A DNA stretch of 64,000 nucleotides, taken from a virus. The stretch's first letter is position 1; each line of letters begins with the position of its first letter. Shown one piece after another: positions 8,939-16,993 of the stretch. The translations under genes were made by a program, and so were the position numbers. The stretch is from positions 1,291-65,290 of the IMG/VR virus record IMGVR_UViG_3300050120_000053; one strand, 5' to 3'. The notes below the pieces were generated by a model that saw only the letters and a list, made by a program, of their open reading frames with translations, was not told the origin of the DNA and did not search any database.

Positions 8939-9178
8939 ATGAAACCGACCTGTCGGTACGGGCACGGGGAGCTTGAACTCCAAAACACGGCGTCGGAAGA
9001 CAGTCGCTGGGTTATCGGCCAGTTGGACTCGCGCACGATGCGCGCTTATTCCCTTCTCGATGGCGGCCCGGAATATCAGCCTTTCTCCCCGGTTGTCTTC
9101 AGTCTGAACATATATCGATGCAGCAAATGCGGATATCTCGAATTGTTCGATGACGAGGTAACTGATGGCGGTGCATGA
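8939..9178 (+). CDS. Small Zn-ribbon protein co-transcribed with cI
   Basis: CxxxH near the N-terminus and YRCSKCGYLELF. Confidence 0.65.
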   Translation: MKPTCRYGHGELELQNTASEDSRWVIGQLDSRTMRAYSLLDGGPEYQPFSPVVFSLNIYRCSKCGYLELFDDEVTDGGA

Positions 9179-9458
9179 GTTTAAACCCCGGAATGGATTC
9201 GGAGCCGCTTCCGCGCGCAGCGTTGACACGGGCGGCGGCGGCGGTGATGATGGTGGCATGGAAGCCAGAATCGCGAAACTCGAAGCTGCACAAGAATTCA
9301 TTCAGCGGGATGTGAAAGAGCTGAAGGACGATGTGCGCGCCGTTCGAACTGATATCACGGCGATTCGAACCACCGATTTTAGGCTGCTCTTTGGGGCGAT
9401 CATCGCGGTCGCGCTGGGCCTGGCTGGCATGATGGCCAAAGGCTTTCATTGGCTGTGA
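9165..9458 (+). CDS. Coiled-coil protein with C-terminal TM anchor, co-transcribed with cI
   Basis: MEARIAKLEA...DVKELKDDVR..TDFRLLFGAIIAVALGLAGMMAKGFHWL. Confidence 0.75.
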   Translation: MAVHEFKPRNGFGAASARSVDTGGGGGDDGGMEARIAKLEAAQEFIQRDVKELKDDVRAVRTDITAIRTTDFRLLFGAIIAVALGLAGMMAKGFHWL

Positions 9459-9544
9459 AAGAGGGGCCCGCATTCTCTTTGGAATTTCGGAAGGTATTCC
9501 TCATCGCGCGATGCGCCCATCAGGCGCGGAGATACCCCCATTAG

Positions 9545-9603
9545 AGCCCCGCCCCGAGCGGGGCTTCTCATTTGTGACCAGCCCGCAACGTGCGGGCTTT
9601 TTT
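9545..9603 (+). terminator. Two tandem intrinsic terminators ending the cI operon
   Basis: AGCCCCGC-cccga-GCGGGGCT and AGCCCGCA-acg-TGCGGGCT followed by a T run. Confidence 0.85.
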
Positions 9604-9644
9604 GCGTCCGCGCCACGCACGCCATAAAAAATATTCAACAATAT

Positions 9645-9685
9645 TAAACATGGTGTTTGACACATCTATAAACATGGTGTTTAAT
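9645..9685 (+). promoter_or_regulatory. pL promoter with two OL operators
   Basis: TTGACA 9657-9662, 17 bp, TTTAAT 9680-9685; operators 9645-9659 and 9669-9683. Confidence 0.88.
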
Positions 9686-9728
9686 AGCTCCATCGGTTCA
9701 GCAAACCCGCTGACCCCAGGAGCCCAAG

Positions 9729-9965
9729 ATGATCACCACCGACCGCACCGCTACCGCCGTCCTGCGAATCGTCTCGATCTCCCTTGGCGTCTCGATTTCC
9801 GACCTGAAGCTGACTGACCGCCTGGTTGATCTCGGCGCTGACTCGCTGGACGTCTACGAAATCATCATCGACCTTGAGAAAGAGTTCGACCTTGATATCT
9901 CGGACGAAGCCGCAGCCAAGTTTCAGGCGGTGCGCGATCTCGTAGATTTTTGCTACACGAATTGA
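9729..9965 (+). CDS. acpP: Acyl carrier protein (phosphopantetheine-binding)
   Basis: DLGADSLDVYEIIIDLEKEFDLDISDEAAAKF, close to AcpP DLGADSLD..E....LEEEF; attachment Ser39; acidic, 78 aa; RBS GGAG. Confidence 0.88.
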   Translation: MITTDRTATAVLRIVSISLGVSISDLKLTDRLVDLGADSLDVYEIIIDLEKEFDLDISDEAAAKFQAVRDLVDFCYTN

Positions 9966-9976
9966 GGAGTACTGAG

Positions 9977-10165
9977 ATGCCAGAGATTCAGAAATACCAG
10001 TTCCCGAGACTCACTTCCAACAAGAAGGAAGTGCTCTGCGTTCTCGGTCAATACGTGCTTGACCGAGAAGCGCGCGCCATGTCGCAGGATGACCGCGACG
10101 AACTGGTCAAGGATACCGCGAAGGCGATCCGCTCGATTATGGCGCTGCAGCCGAGGCACCTATGA
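9977..10165 (+). CDS. Hypothetical early protein
   Basis: RBS GAGGAG then MPEIQKYQFP... Confidence 0.65.
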   Translation: MPEIQKYQFPRLTSNKKEVLCVLGQYVLDREARAMSQDDRDELVKDTAKAIRSIMALQPRHL

Positions 10166-10482
10166 ACGCGCACTCAACCCCGGGCCGCGTTGACTTCGCA
10201 TCCGACGCCCTTCAGCAGGCACTCGACGACGCAGCCAGCATTGTTGCAGCCGCTGAAGAGGAAGCACGGTACGAGGTTACTCGCGGCGAAGTCCTTGACC
10301 ACATGTCGATGAACTTCACCCGGGCCGACGACAAGCTGTTTATGCAAGCACTCCGGCGCGAAGGTCGGCAAGACATCGCGATGATGCTTGACCTGATCCA
10401 GAAGTCTTTCAAGGCGGTAGTCGCGGAGAAGCGGAGCGCGATTCTGGCGAAGAAGGCTGAGCCGGATGACGGGATTCACTGA
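10162..10482 (+). CDS. Hypothetical early protein
   Basis: ATGA overlap with the upstream gene; helical 106 aa. Confidence 0.65.
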   Translation: MNAHSTPGRVDFASDALQQALDDAASIVAAAEEEARYEVTRGEVLDHMSMNFTRADDKLFMQALRREGRQDIAMMLDLIQKSFKAVVAEKRSAILAKKAEPDDGIH

Positions 10483-10490
10483 ATAGCAGG

Positions 10491-10679
10491 CAGTACGCAG
10501 TGGGGTGCCGTGGGGAAAGTGAAATGTGCTCAAGGGGATTAGCTATCTCGCTTGCGACATTGCGTAGTTTCGGGAGAGGACATGGCTCGGCCGGGCCGGA
10601 AAGTGTACCGAAATGAGGCTTAAATCCCGCCTAGCCCGCGCTAGGAGATTGCCGGTGGCCGGCGCCCCACTGCGTATTG
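10491..10679 (+). ncRNA. Putative structured RNA closed by a 20-bp helix
   Basis: 10491-10510 pairs fully with 10660-10679 (18 Watson-Crick + 2 G-U on the + strand); inner stems GGGATT/AATCCC, CCTAGC/GCTAGG and a G(CUUG)C tetraloop. Confidence 0.65.
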
Positions 10680-10739
10680 AACAGATTTTGTAGCACGGCA
10701 CCTGACCGACTCAGGCAACAACACGAGGGGTAGTTCCAA

Positions 10740-11603
10740 ATGAAAGCAACGCAAATCACGTTATCAGTAGTCCTTGCATTTTCGGCAATCGCAGCACAGG
10801 CTCAATCTAACCCGGCAGCAGCCGGTATCGCTGGCGCAAGCGTCGGCAGCAAGATCAGCGGCACGGTCAGCCTGAGCGGTGGCGGCAGCAGCGAATCGAG
10901 CGCACTGAACAAGCAACTGTCGTCGGCAACGGTAACGACTGCGACCAGCTCGGCAGCGAACAACGCAGCGGCTGCAGTGACGGGCACGACGTTCCAGACC
11001 GGCAGCAATCAGGCGTGGAACTACACGGTCGGCAATGGCAGCGGCACGGCGGCTTCGCAAGGCACGAACAGCGCTGGAACGCTCGGCATCGCCAACGTCA
11101 ACCAGATCGGCGTCGGCAGCTTCGCTCCGGTTGGTCTGACGGGTGACCTCGCTGGTGCTGGCGGCTCGCTCGTGACCATCGGTGACAACACCAGCGTCGG
11201 CACGAACCAAGGCCAGATCAGCGCCACGCAGGGTAACGGCACATGGAACGTGACGCTCGGCGCATCGACGGGCAGCGGCGGCATCGCGATCAACCAGACC
11301 GGCAACGGCTCGTCGTCGAACAACGTGACGCTCTCGACTTCTACCACTGGTGACGTCTCGGTAAGCGCGGCGACCGGCAACGTGAATCTGCAAACGGGCT
11401 TGGGTCCGGTGCAAGGCGACGGCTCGCAAGCGGCGATCTACACGAACCTTGGCGGCGGCACAAACACGCCGACCGGAACAGGTGGATTCGTAGCTGGCGC
11501 GAGCGGCAACGCGGCAGTGATCGACGCAACCGGTACGGGATCAGCTCTGATCCAGTCCATTAACCCCGGCGTGTCGCAACTGGCAACCGTGACCGGCCTG
11601 TAA
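10740..11603 (+). CDS. Secreted G/S/T/A/N-rich low-complexity protein (candidate fibre/amyloid-like subunit)
   Basis: Sec signal ending AQA at aa 21; no Cys, Arg or His; about 8 charged residues in the mature chain. Confidence 0.8.
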   Translation: MKATQITLSVVLAFSAIAAQAQSNPAAAGIAGASVGSKISGTVSLSGGGSSESSALNKQLSSATVTTATSSAANNAAAAVTGTTFQTGSNQAWNYTVGNGSGTAASQGTNSAGTLGIANVNQIGVGSFAPVGLTGDLAGAGGSLVTIGDNTSVGTNQGQISATQGNGTWNVTLGASTGSGGIAINQTGNGSSSNNVTLSTSTTGDVSVSAATGNVNLQTGLGPVQGDGSQAAIYTNLGGGTNTPTGTGGFVAGASGNAAVIDATGTGSALIQSINPGVSQLATVTGL

Positions 11604-11663
11604 TTCGTCAACTACGTGGGCGCGCTTGCGAGGGCGCGACCCGTGAATATCTCGGAGTAGATC

Positions 11664-12299
11664 GTGAAAAAAATACTAATTGCACTGGCCGCGATTTTGA
11701 TCGTCAGCTCAGCCCAGGCGCAGACAGCGGGGGCGAATTCTCAGGTTACATCGCAGGGTCAGGCGAATGCTGGCGGGGGAACGGCGGAACTCGCCTACGC
11801 GCCGGTTTCGAACATTGCTGGCACGGAATACAAGGTGAACTCAGCGATTGCTCCCGGCCTTGTCGCGGGATTCAATACCTGCACCGGATCGGACGTTGCG
11901 GCGCTTCAACTTGGAAGCGTTGGGCTGTCAGTGGGCGGCACGAAGCCGGATGACGCCTGCAACCTGCGCAGCGATAGCGGGCAGATTTATCAGATGGGCG
12001 ATCACGCTGCAGCGTTCGCGCGCCTCTGCGAGGACGAAGCGAATCACTACGCGATCAACGTGACCGGCGGGATCACCTATAAGCGTGATGACGGCGCGAC
12101 CGTGCACCGTGCATGTCCGATGCCGCGCAAAGACTGGATTGCAGCGGGTCGCCCGTTGCTTGACCCGATCACGGGCCAGCCGTACACCGATCCGCCCATT
12201 GTCGTGATGCAGTCGAAGGCCGACCCGAACGTCGCCATCATCGAACAGCGCGCCGCGCAGATCGCGAAGACGCAAGACCAAATCGTCTCATCGAAGTAA
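11664..12299 (+). CDS. Secreted 4-Cys partner protein
   Basis: Signal ending AQA at aa 19; APGL..GFNTCTGS...GLSVGGT..DDACNLR...YQMG...AA..RLCED. Confidence 0.8.
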   Translation: MKKILIALAAILIVSSAQAQTAGANSQVTSQGQANAGGGTAELAYAPVSNIAGTEYKVNSAIAPGLVAGFNTCTGSDVAALQLGSVGLSVGGTKPDDACNLRSDSGQIYQMGDHAAAFARLCEDEANHYAINVTGGITYKRDDGATVHRACPMPRKDWIAAGRPLLDPITGQPYTDPPIVVMQSKADPNVAIIEQRAAQIAKTQDQIVSSK

Positions 12300-12308
12300 G
12301 GAGCAGTC

Positions 12309-12503
12309 ATGTCACTTTTCCGCAAGCCATCGCTCAGCCGCGAGCGCATAGAAGCCCTGAAATTCGAAGCCATGATCTTGCGCAATGAGCGTCGGCTAGC
12401 GGAAGCGAAGGCGCGGCTGAGGGAGCGAGGGATTGACCCGATGCCGATCGGCGGGTGGTATGTCCCGACCAATGTGGCGCGTAGTTTTTCTAGGGGGTTG
12501 TGA
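12309..12503 (+). CDS. Hypothetical phage protein
   Basis: RBS AAGGAG; ARLRERGIDP motif. Confidence 0.65.
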   Translation: MSLFRKPSLSRERIEALKFEAMILRNERRLAEAKARLRERGIDPMPIGGWYVPTNVARSFSRGL

Positions 12504-12796
12504 TGAACGAATCGAATGCACCAGTGGTTATCGCCATGGACGAGATTGTCTCGTCGCAGATCCACGGTATTGGTCACGATGCACCGACGAGCACCTTGGC
12601 GATTCGGTTCAAGGCGAAGGACGGAAGCCCGGCCGCGCTGTATTTCTACCAGAACTTCACGGCTGAAGAGTTCGCGGCATTGAAGGGTGCCGAGTCGATA
12701 GGCAGCCACTTTTATCGAAATATAAAGCCGAGCAAAGAAAAATATCCCTTTGTCTGCATTGAGAAGATGCCGGCGGCCACTGAGGAACCGAAATGA
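12500..12796 (+). CDS. KTSC-domain protein
   Basis: VSSQIHGIGHD..T.TLAIRF......Y.Y..F..EEF..L..AESIGSHF..NIK. Confidence 0.85.
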   Translation: MMNESNAPVVIAMDEIVSSQIHGIGHDAPTSTLAIRFKAKDGSPAALYFYQNFTAEEFAALKGAESIGSHFYRNIKPSKEKYPFVCIEKMPAATEEPK

Positions 12797-13857
12797 GCAC
12801 TGCACTTTCAACGCGTCAGGAGTTTGGCGCACAGGAATCCACGCATGCGCTAGTCGAGACGGCATCGACGGCCATTGCAGCCAAGGCTAAAGCGATGGTC
12901 GAGGCACGGTACGTCATGGCGATGCGCCAGCCGCGCAACTGGGACCAGGTTCGTCAGGATCTGATGGCCGAGTGCAAGCGCCCCTCGTTTGCGCATAACA
13001 AAAGCGCCTACTACCGAAAGCCGATTGGTAAAGGCGTTGAGGGGCTGGGCATTCGGTTCGTCGAGGTCGCGTTGCGCTGCATGAAGAATGTGCTGGTCGA
13101 AACATCCATGACATTCGAGGACGAGTCGAAAGAGATCCACTGCGTAAGCGTGACGGATCTCGAATCGAACTTGACCTATCCGCTGGATGTTCGAGTGTCG
13201 AAGACGGTCGAACGCTCGAATCCGATGGATGACGGATCGTACATTTCGGTTCGCAAGAACAGTTACGGCAAGCTCACCTACACCGTCCCGGCCAACGATG
13301 ATGACTTGCTCAACAAGCGCGGCGCGCTGATTTCAAAGGCGATGAGAACGCTTGGCCTGCGCATCATCCCCGGCGACCTACAGGACGAGGCCGAAGAAAT
13401 CATCAAGGCCGTCCGCATGGATGAGGCCGCACGCGATCCTGGCGCGGAACGTAAGCGCATCGCCGATGCCTTCGGAGAAATCGGCGTGAAGGCTGCGGAC
13501 CTTGTTTCTTTCTTGGGCCACCCGCTCGACACATGTTCTCCGACTGAGTTGGTCGGTCTGCGCGGTATCTACGGTGCGATCAAGGACGGCGAGGCCACTT
13601 GGAAGTCCGTCATGGATAACAAGGAAGAACAGATGGACCGCGAGGACATCAAGCCGCCACAAAGCGGGGATGGCACCGCGAAGGTGATCCCAGTTTGTTC
13701 CGACGAGGACTTCAAGAAGAAAACCCCGGAATGGCGCAAGTTGATTCTCGAAAAGAAGAAGTCGGTCGCGGACCTGACGGCGATGATCGAGACGAAGATG
13801 CGCCTGACTGATGACCAGAAACTAACGATTGACGCATGGAGTCATGATGACGAATGA
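12793..13857 (+). CDS. Putative single-strand annealing/recombination protein
   Basis: Adjacent to YqaJ exonuclease; EARYVMAMRQPRNWD...YRKP.GK..EGL.IRF.E.A. Confidence 0.6.
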   Translation: MSTALSTRQEFGAQESTHALVETASTAIAAKAKAMVEARYVMAMRQPRNWDQVRQDLMAECKRPSFAHNKSAYYRKPIGKGVEGLGIRFVEVALRCMKNVLVETSMTFEDESKEIHCVSVTDLESNLTYPLDVRVSKTVERSNPMDDGSYISVRKNSYGKLTYTVPANDDDLLNKRGALISKAMRTLGLRIIPGDLQDEAEEIIKAVRMDEAARDPGAERKRIADAFGEIGVKAADLVSFLGHPLDTCSPTELVGLRGIYGAIKDGEATWKSVMDNKEEQMDREDIKPPQSGDGTAKVIPVCSDEDFKKKTPEWRKLILEKKKSVADLTAMIETKMRLTDDQKLTIDAWSHDDE

Positions 13858-15445
13858 GCGAATTCTCCACAACTTGGTGCAGGGCAGCGACGAATGGTTG
13901 GCGTTTCGCCTGACTCACTTCGGCGCGAGCGAGGCCGCCGCAATGTTGGGTATATCCAGCAAGGTCAAGCGTACGGAACTGCTGCATATGAAGCACACCG
14001 GCACGCCGAAGGAATTCTCCGACTGGGTTCAGAAGAACATTCTGGATTACGGCCACGAGGTCGAAGCGTTGGCTCGTCCGATCATCGAGGAAGTTCTGGG
14101 TGAGGATCTGTACCCGGTTACCTACTCGTTTGGCAAGATGTCGGCATCGCTGGATGGTCTGACGATGTCGGATGAAACGGCGTTCGAACACAAACAATGG
14201 AATGCCGCGCTGGCAGCGTCAGTCAAGGCAAAGATCCTGCCGGAAGAATTTCAGCCGCAGTGCCAGCAGATCACGATGGCGAGCCCCGCCAAGCGCGTGA
14301 TTTTTACAGTTTCGGACGGCACCCGGGAGAACATGGAATACATGGAGGTCTTGCCCGACCCGGCATGGCATGAGCGGATTCGCGCTGGCTGGGCGCAATT
14401 CGAAAAGGATCTCGTCGAGTATGTGCCGCAAGAGGTCGTCGAAAAGCCGAAGGCTGATGCAATCATGGCCCTCCCGGCTCTGGCCGTGCAGATTCGCGGC
14501 GAAGTCATCACGAGCAACCTGCCTGCGTTCAAATCGGCGGCCGAGCAGTTCATCACCGGCATCAAGATGGACCTCAAAACCGACGAAGACTTCGTGAACG
14601 CGGATGCGACCGTCAAATTCTGCGAGGTAAAGGAGAAGGAGATTGCGGTCGCAATGGATGCGGCGATCGCACAGATGTCGAGCGTCGATGAACTGATGCG
14701 CACCGGCAAATATGTCAGCGAGCAATTGCGCACGAAGCGTCTCGCGCTGAGCACCCAGATCGAGCAACGCAAGAAGCAGATCAAGGAAAATGCGGTAGCC
14801 GAACGTCGCCGGAAATACGCCGACCACGTCGAAGCATTGAACAACGCGCTAGGTGACGCGTCCGTCGTGGTTGCGGCTCCGGACTTTGCGGGTGCCATCA
14901 AGGGCCTTAAGACCATTGCGAGCGCCAATGACAAGCTCGATACGGCACTCGCCAACGGCAAGATCGCCGCCGATGCTGCCGCGCGTGATCTGCGTGCAAA
15001 GCTGGACTGGTACGAGCCGCTTAAGGCTGAACACGCTTTCCTATTCCGCGACCTACAGGCACTAATCCAGAAGCCAGTCGAGGATTTCGAACTGGCTGTG
15101 ACATCGCGGATTGACCTGCACAAGCAGGCTGAAGCGGAGAAGGCCAAGATAGTGGCACCGGCGGAGCAACCAACGCCAGCTACTGCGCCAGCAAAGCAAG
15201 TGCAGTCCGCGCCGTGGGTCGCGCCCGTGACGCCCGGTAGTGCGCCTACCCTGCGCCTTGGACAGATCAATGAGCGCTTGGCGCCTATTGCCTTGAGCGC
15301 TGAAGGATTAGCGAGTCTTGGCTTTACACATGCTGCCACCGATAAAGCCGCGAAGCTCTATCACGAGTCCTCTTTCCCGCTGATCTGCGCCGCCTTGGTT
15401 CGACACATTGAAGCGGCGTCAAGCGGTCAAAAGAAAGCCGCTTAA
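13844..15445 (+). CDS. YqaJ/lambda-type exonuclease with long coiled-coil tail
   Basis: QGSDEWL..R...FGASEAAAMLG...GHEVE..AR...ASLDG...FEHK...QCQQ. Confidence 0.88.
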   Translation: MMTNERILHNLVQGSDEWLAFRLTHFGASEAAAMLGISSKVKRTELLHMKHTGTPKEFSDWVQKNILDYGHEVEALARPIIEEVLGEDLYPVTYSFGKMSASLDGLTMSDETAFEHKQWNAALAASVKAKILPEEFQPQCQQITMASPAKRVIFTVSDGTRENMEYMEVLPDPAWHERIRAGWAQFEKDLVEYVPQEVVEKPKADAIMALPALAVQIRGEVITSNLPAFKSAAEQFITGIKMDLKTDEDFVNADATVKFCEVKEKEIAVAMDAAIAQMSSVDELMRTGKYVSEQLRTKRLALSTQIEQRKKQIKENAVAERRRKYADHVEALNNALGDASVVVAAPDFAGAIKGLKTIASANDKLDTALANGKIAADAAARDLRAKLDWYEPLKAEHAFLFRDLQALIQKPVEDFELAVTSRIDLHKQAEAEKAKIVAPAEQPTPATAPAKQVQSAPWVAPVTPGSAPTLRLGQINERLAPIALSAEGLASLGFTHAATDKAAKLYHESSFPLICAALVRHIEAASSGQKKAA

Positions 15446-15462
15446 CCGAACAGGAGCATCAA

Positions 15463-15936
15463 ATGGAAACGAAACAATGGTCGTTTGTCGATAAGTCCGG
15501 ATGGCCCTCAGGTGATTGGCATGACGAACCGGACAAGCTCCAGTGGTTAGACCAAGCAACCGGGTTGCCTTGCCTGATTCATCGAGGCCCCAGCGGTGCC
15601 CTTTGTGGCTACGTTGGAGTATCGGAGGCGCACCCCTTGTTCAAGGCCGACTACGACGCGGCGGACGTGGATGTGCACGGCGGCCTGACATTCTCCGACA
15701 TGTGCCAAGGACAAGCGGAGACGGGCAAGGGAATCTGTCATGTGCCCGGCGAGGGAGAGCCAGATCACGTTTGGTGGTTCGGATTCGATTGCGCTCATTC
15801 TGGCGATCTTTGCCCTGCCTACGATGGTCGCCATTTTTCTGGCGGCTACAACCAATACCGAGGCATTGAATACGTGAAGTCTGAGTGCGCCAGCTTGGCG
15901 GCACAACTCCACACTGACGCGAAACACCCCGCCTAG
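15463..15936 (+). CDS. Conserved hypothetical phage protein
   Basis: GALCGYVGV...HP...VHGGLTF...WWFGFDCAH.GD. Confidence 0.8.
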   Translation: METKQWSFVDKSGWPSGDWHDEPDKLQWLDQATGLPCLIHRGPSGALCGYVGVSEAHPLFKADYDAADVDVHGGLTFSDMCQGQAETGKGICHVPGEGEPDHVWWFGFDCAHSGDLCPAYDGRHFSGGYNQYRGIEYVKSECASLAAQLHTDAKHPA

Positions 15937-16108
15937 TTTCACCGCCGCCACCCGCATGCATTGGCCCTATGGCGTGTTCGCATGTTCCTAGGGTGGCGGC
16001 TCCTAACATTCGAGTGGATATGAAGCAGGTTATCAACGAAGCCGGTTCACGGCCAATCGAAATAATCTAAGTAACCGCAAGGCAGATCCCCTGCTTCTTG
16101 CCATCAAT

Positions 16109-16132
16109 AGCCCGCCATATGCGGGCTTTTTT
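16109..16132 (+). terminator. Intrinsic terminator
   Basis: AGCCCGC-catat-GCGGGCT followed by TTTTT. Confidence 0.85.
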
Positions 16133-16205
16133 ACGTGGCGGGGGTTGGGGGGGGGGCTATCGGAAATGTTGGGTGATAGGAATGTTTGGCGTTTGATGAA
16201 TGCAT

Positions 16206-16251
16206 TAAACACCATGTTTCGTTTGACACACGTATAAACATGGTGTTTAAT
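16206..16251 (+). promoter_or_regulatory. Second pL-like promoter with two CI-type operators
   Basis: TTGACA 16223-16228, 17 bp, TTTAAT 16246-16251; operators 16206-16220 and 16235-16249; near copy of 9657-9686. Confidence 0.88.
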
Positions 16252-16285
16252 ACTTCACATCAGCCAACCCACCCCGGAGTCCCCA

Positions 16286-16432
16286 ATGACCCCTCCCCAC
16301 AACGACCTCCTCCACGCGGCTTACTTGACCCGCGCGGACCATTTGCTCAAGCGCATGGCGGTCGCGGCCGGGTCTGGAATCGTGATCGGTATCGCCTGGT
16401 ACGTGCTCGTCGGCCTTCGCGCTGGCGCCTGA
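16286..16432 (+). CDS. 48-aa membrane peptide
   Basis: RBS GGAG; MTPPHNDLLH...GIVIGIAWYVLVGLRAGA (below ORF-track cutoff). Confidence 0.6.
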   Translation: MTPPHNDLLHAAYLTRADHLLKRMAVAAGSGIVIGIAWYVLVGLRAGA

Positions 16433-16453
16433 ATCTTCCCTCTCGGAGTCGAC

Positions 16454-16621
16454 ATGCATACGAACTGGATAGTTGTACTGATGACTGTTGGCGTGCTTTT
16501 GGCCGTTGTCGCATGTTTGCTGGTTCGCGGCGCGGCAATTCAGGAGCGCGAGGCAGCGGCAGAAGACGAGGCGTTTGCGAAGGTGCGACGTGCGATTGAT
16601 CCGCTGGCGGGATTGCGGTGA
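16454..16621 (+). CDS. 55-aa membrane peptide
   Basis: RBS GGAG; MHTNWIVVLMTVGVLLAVVACLLV... Confidence 0.6.
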   Translation: MHTNWIVVLMTVGVLLAVVACLLVRGAAIQEREAAAEDEAFAKVRRAIDPLAGLR

Positions 16622-16983
16622 TGGACTGCTATTGCGATTACGACGAGCCGTGGAAGGTGTACGCGAAGACTGAACGCAAGGCGCGGAAGGTCCACCTGTG
16701 TAACGAGTGCCATTGCCGCATCCAGCCGGGCGAGAAATACGAACACGTGACCGGTATCGCAGATGCAGTCGAAGTTTTCAAGACTTGCGCTCGCTGCATC
16801 GCGCTCCGCGATTGGGTCGAGGCGCATGTTCCCTGCTTCTGCTGGTGCCACGACGAGATGGTCGACGCAGCAATCGAAACGTGCCGGAATTATTCGCACG
16901 AAGCGCCGGGCCTGCTGTTCGGCGCCTATCGGCGGCAAGTAGCAATCAAACGCGCAGCGGCTGCATCGCGCGCTAACCACTGA
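16621..16983 (+). CDS. Cys-rich Zn-binding phage protein
   Basis: RKARK.HLCNEC...I.PGEKYE...KTCARC. Confidence 0.75.
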   Translation: MDCYCDYDEPWKVYAKTERKARKVHLCNECHCRIQPGEKYEHVTGIADAVEVFKTCARCIALRDWVEAHVPCFCWCHDEMVDAAIETCRNYSHEAPGLLFGAYRRQVAIKRAAAASRANH

Positions 16984-16993
16984 GGGAAAGACT

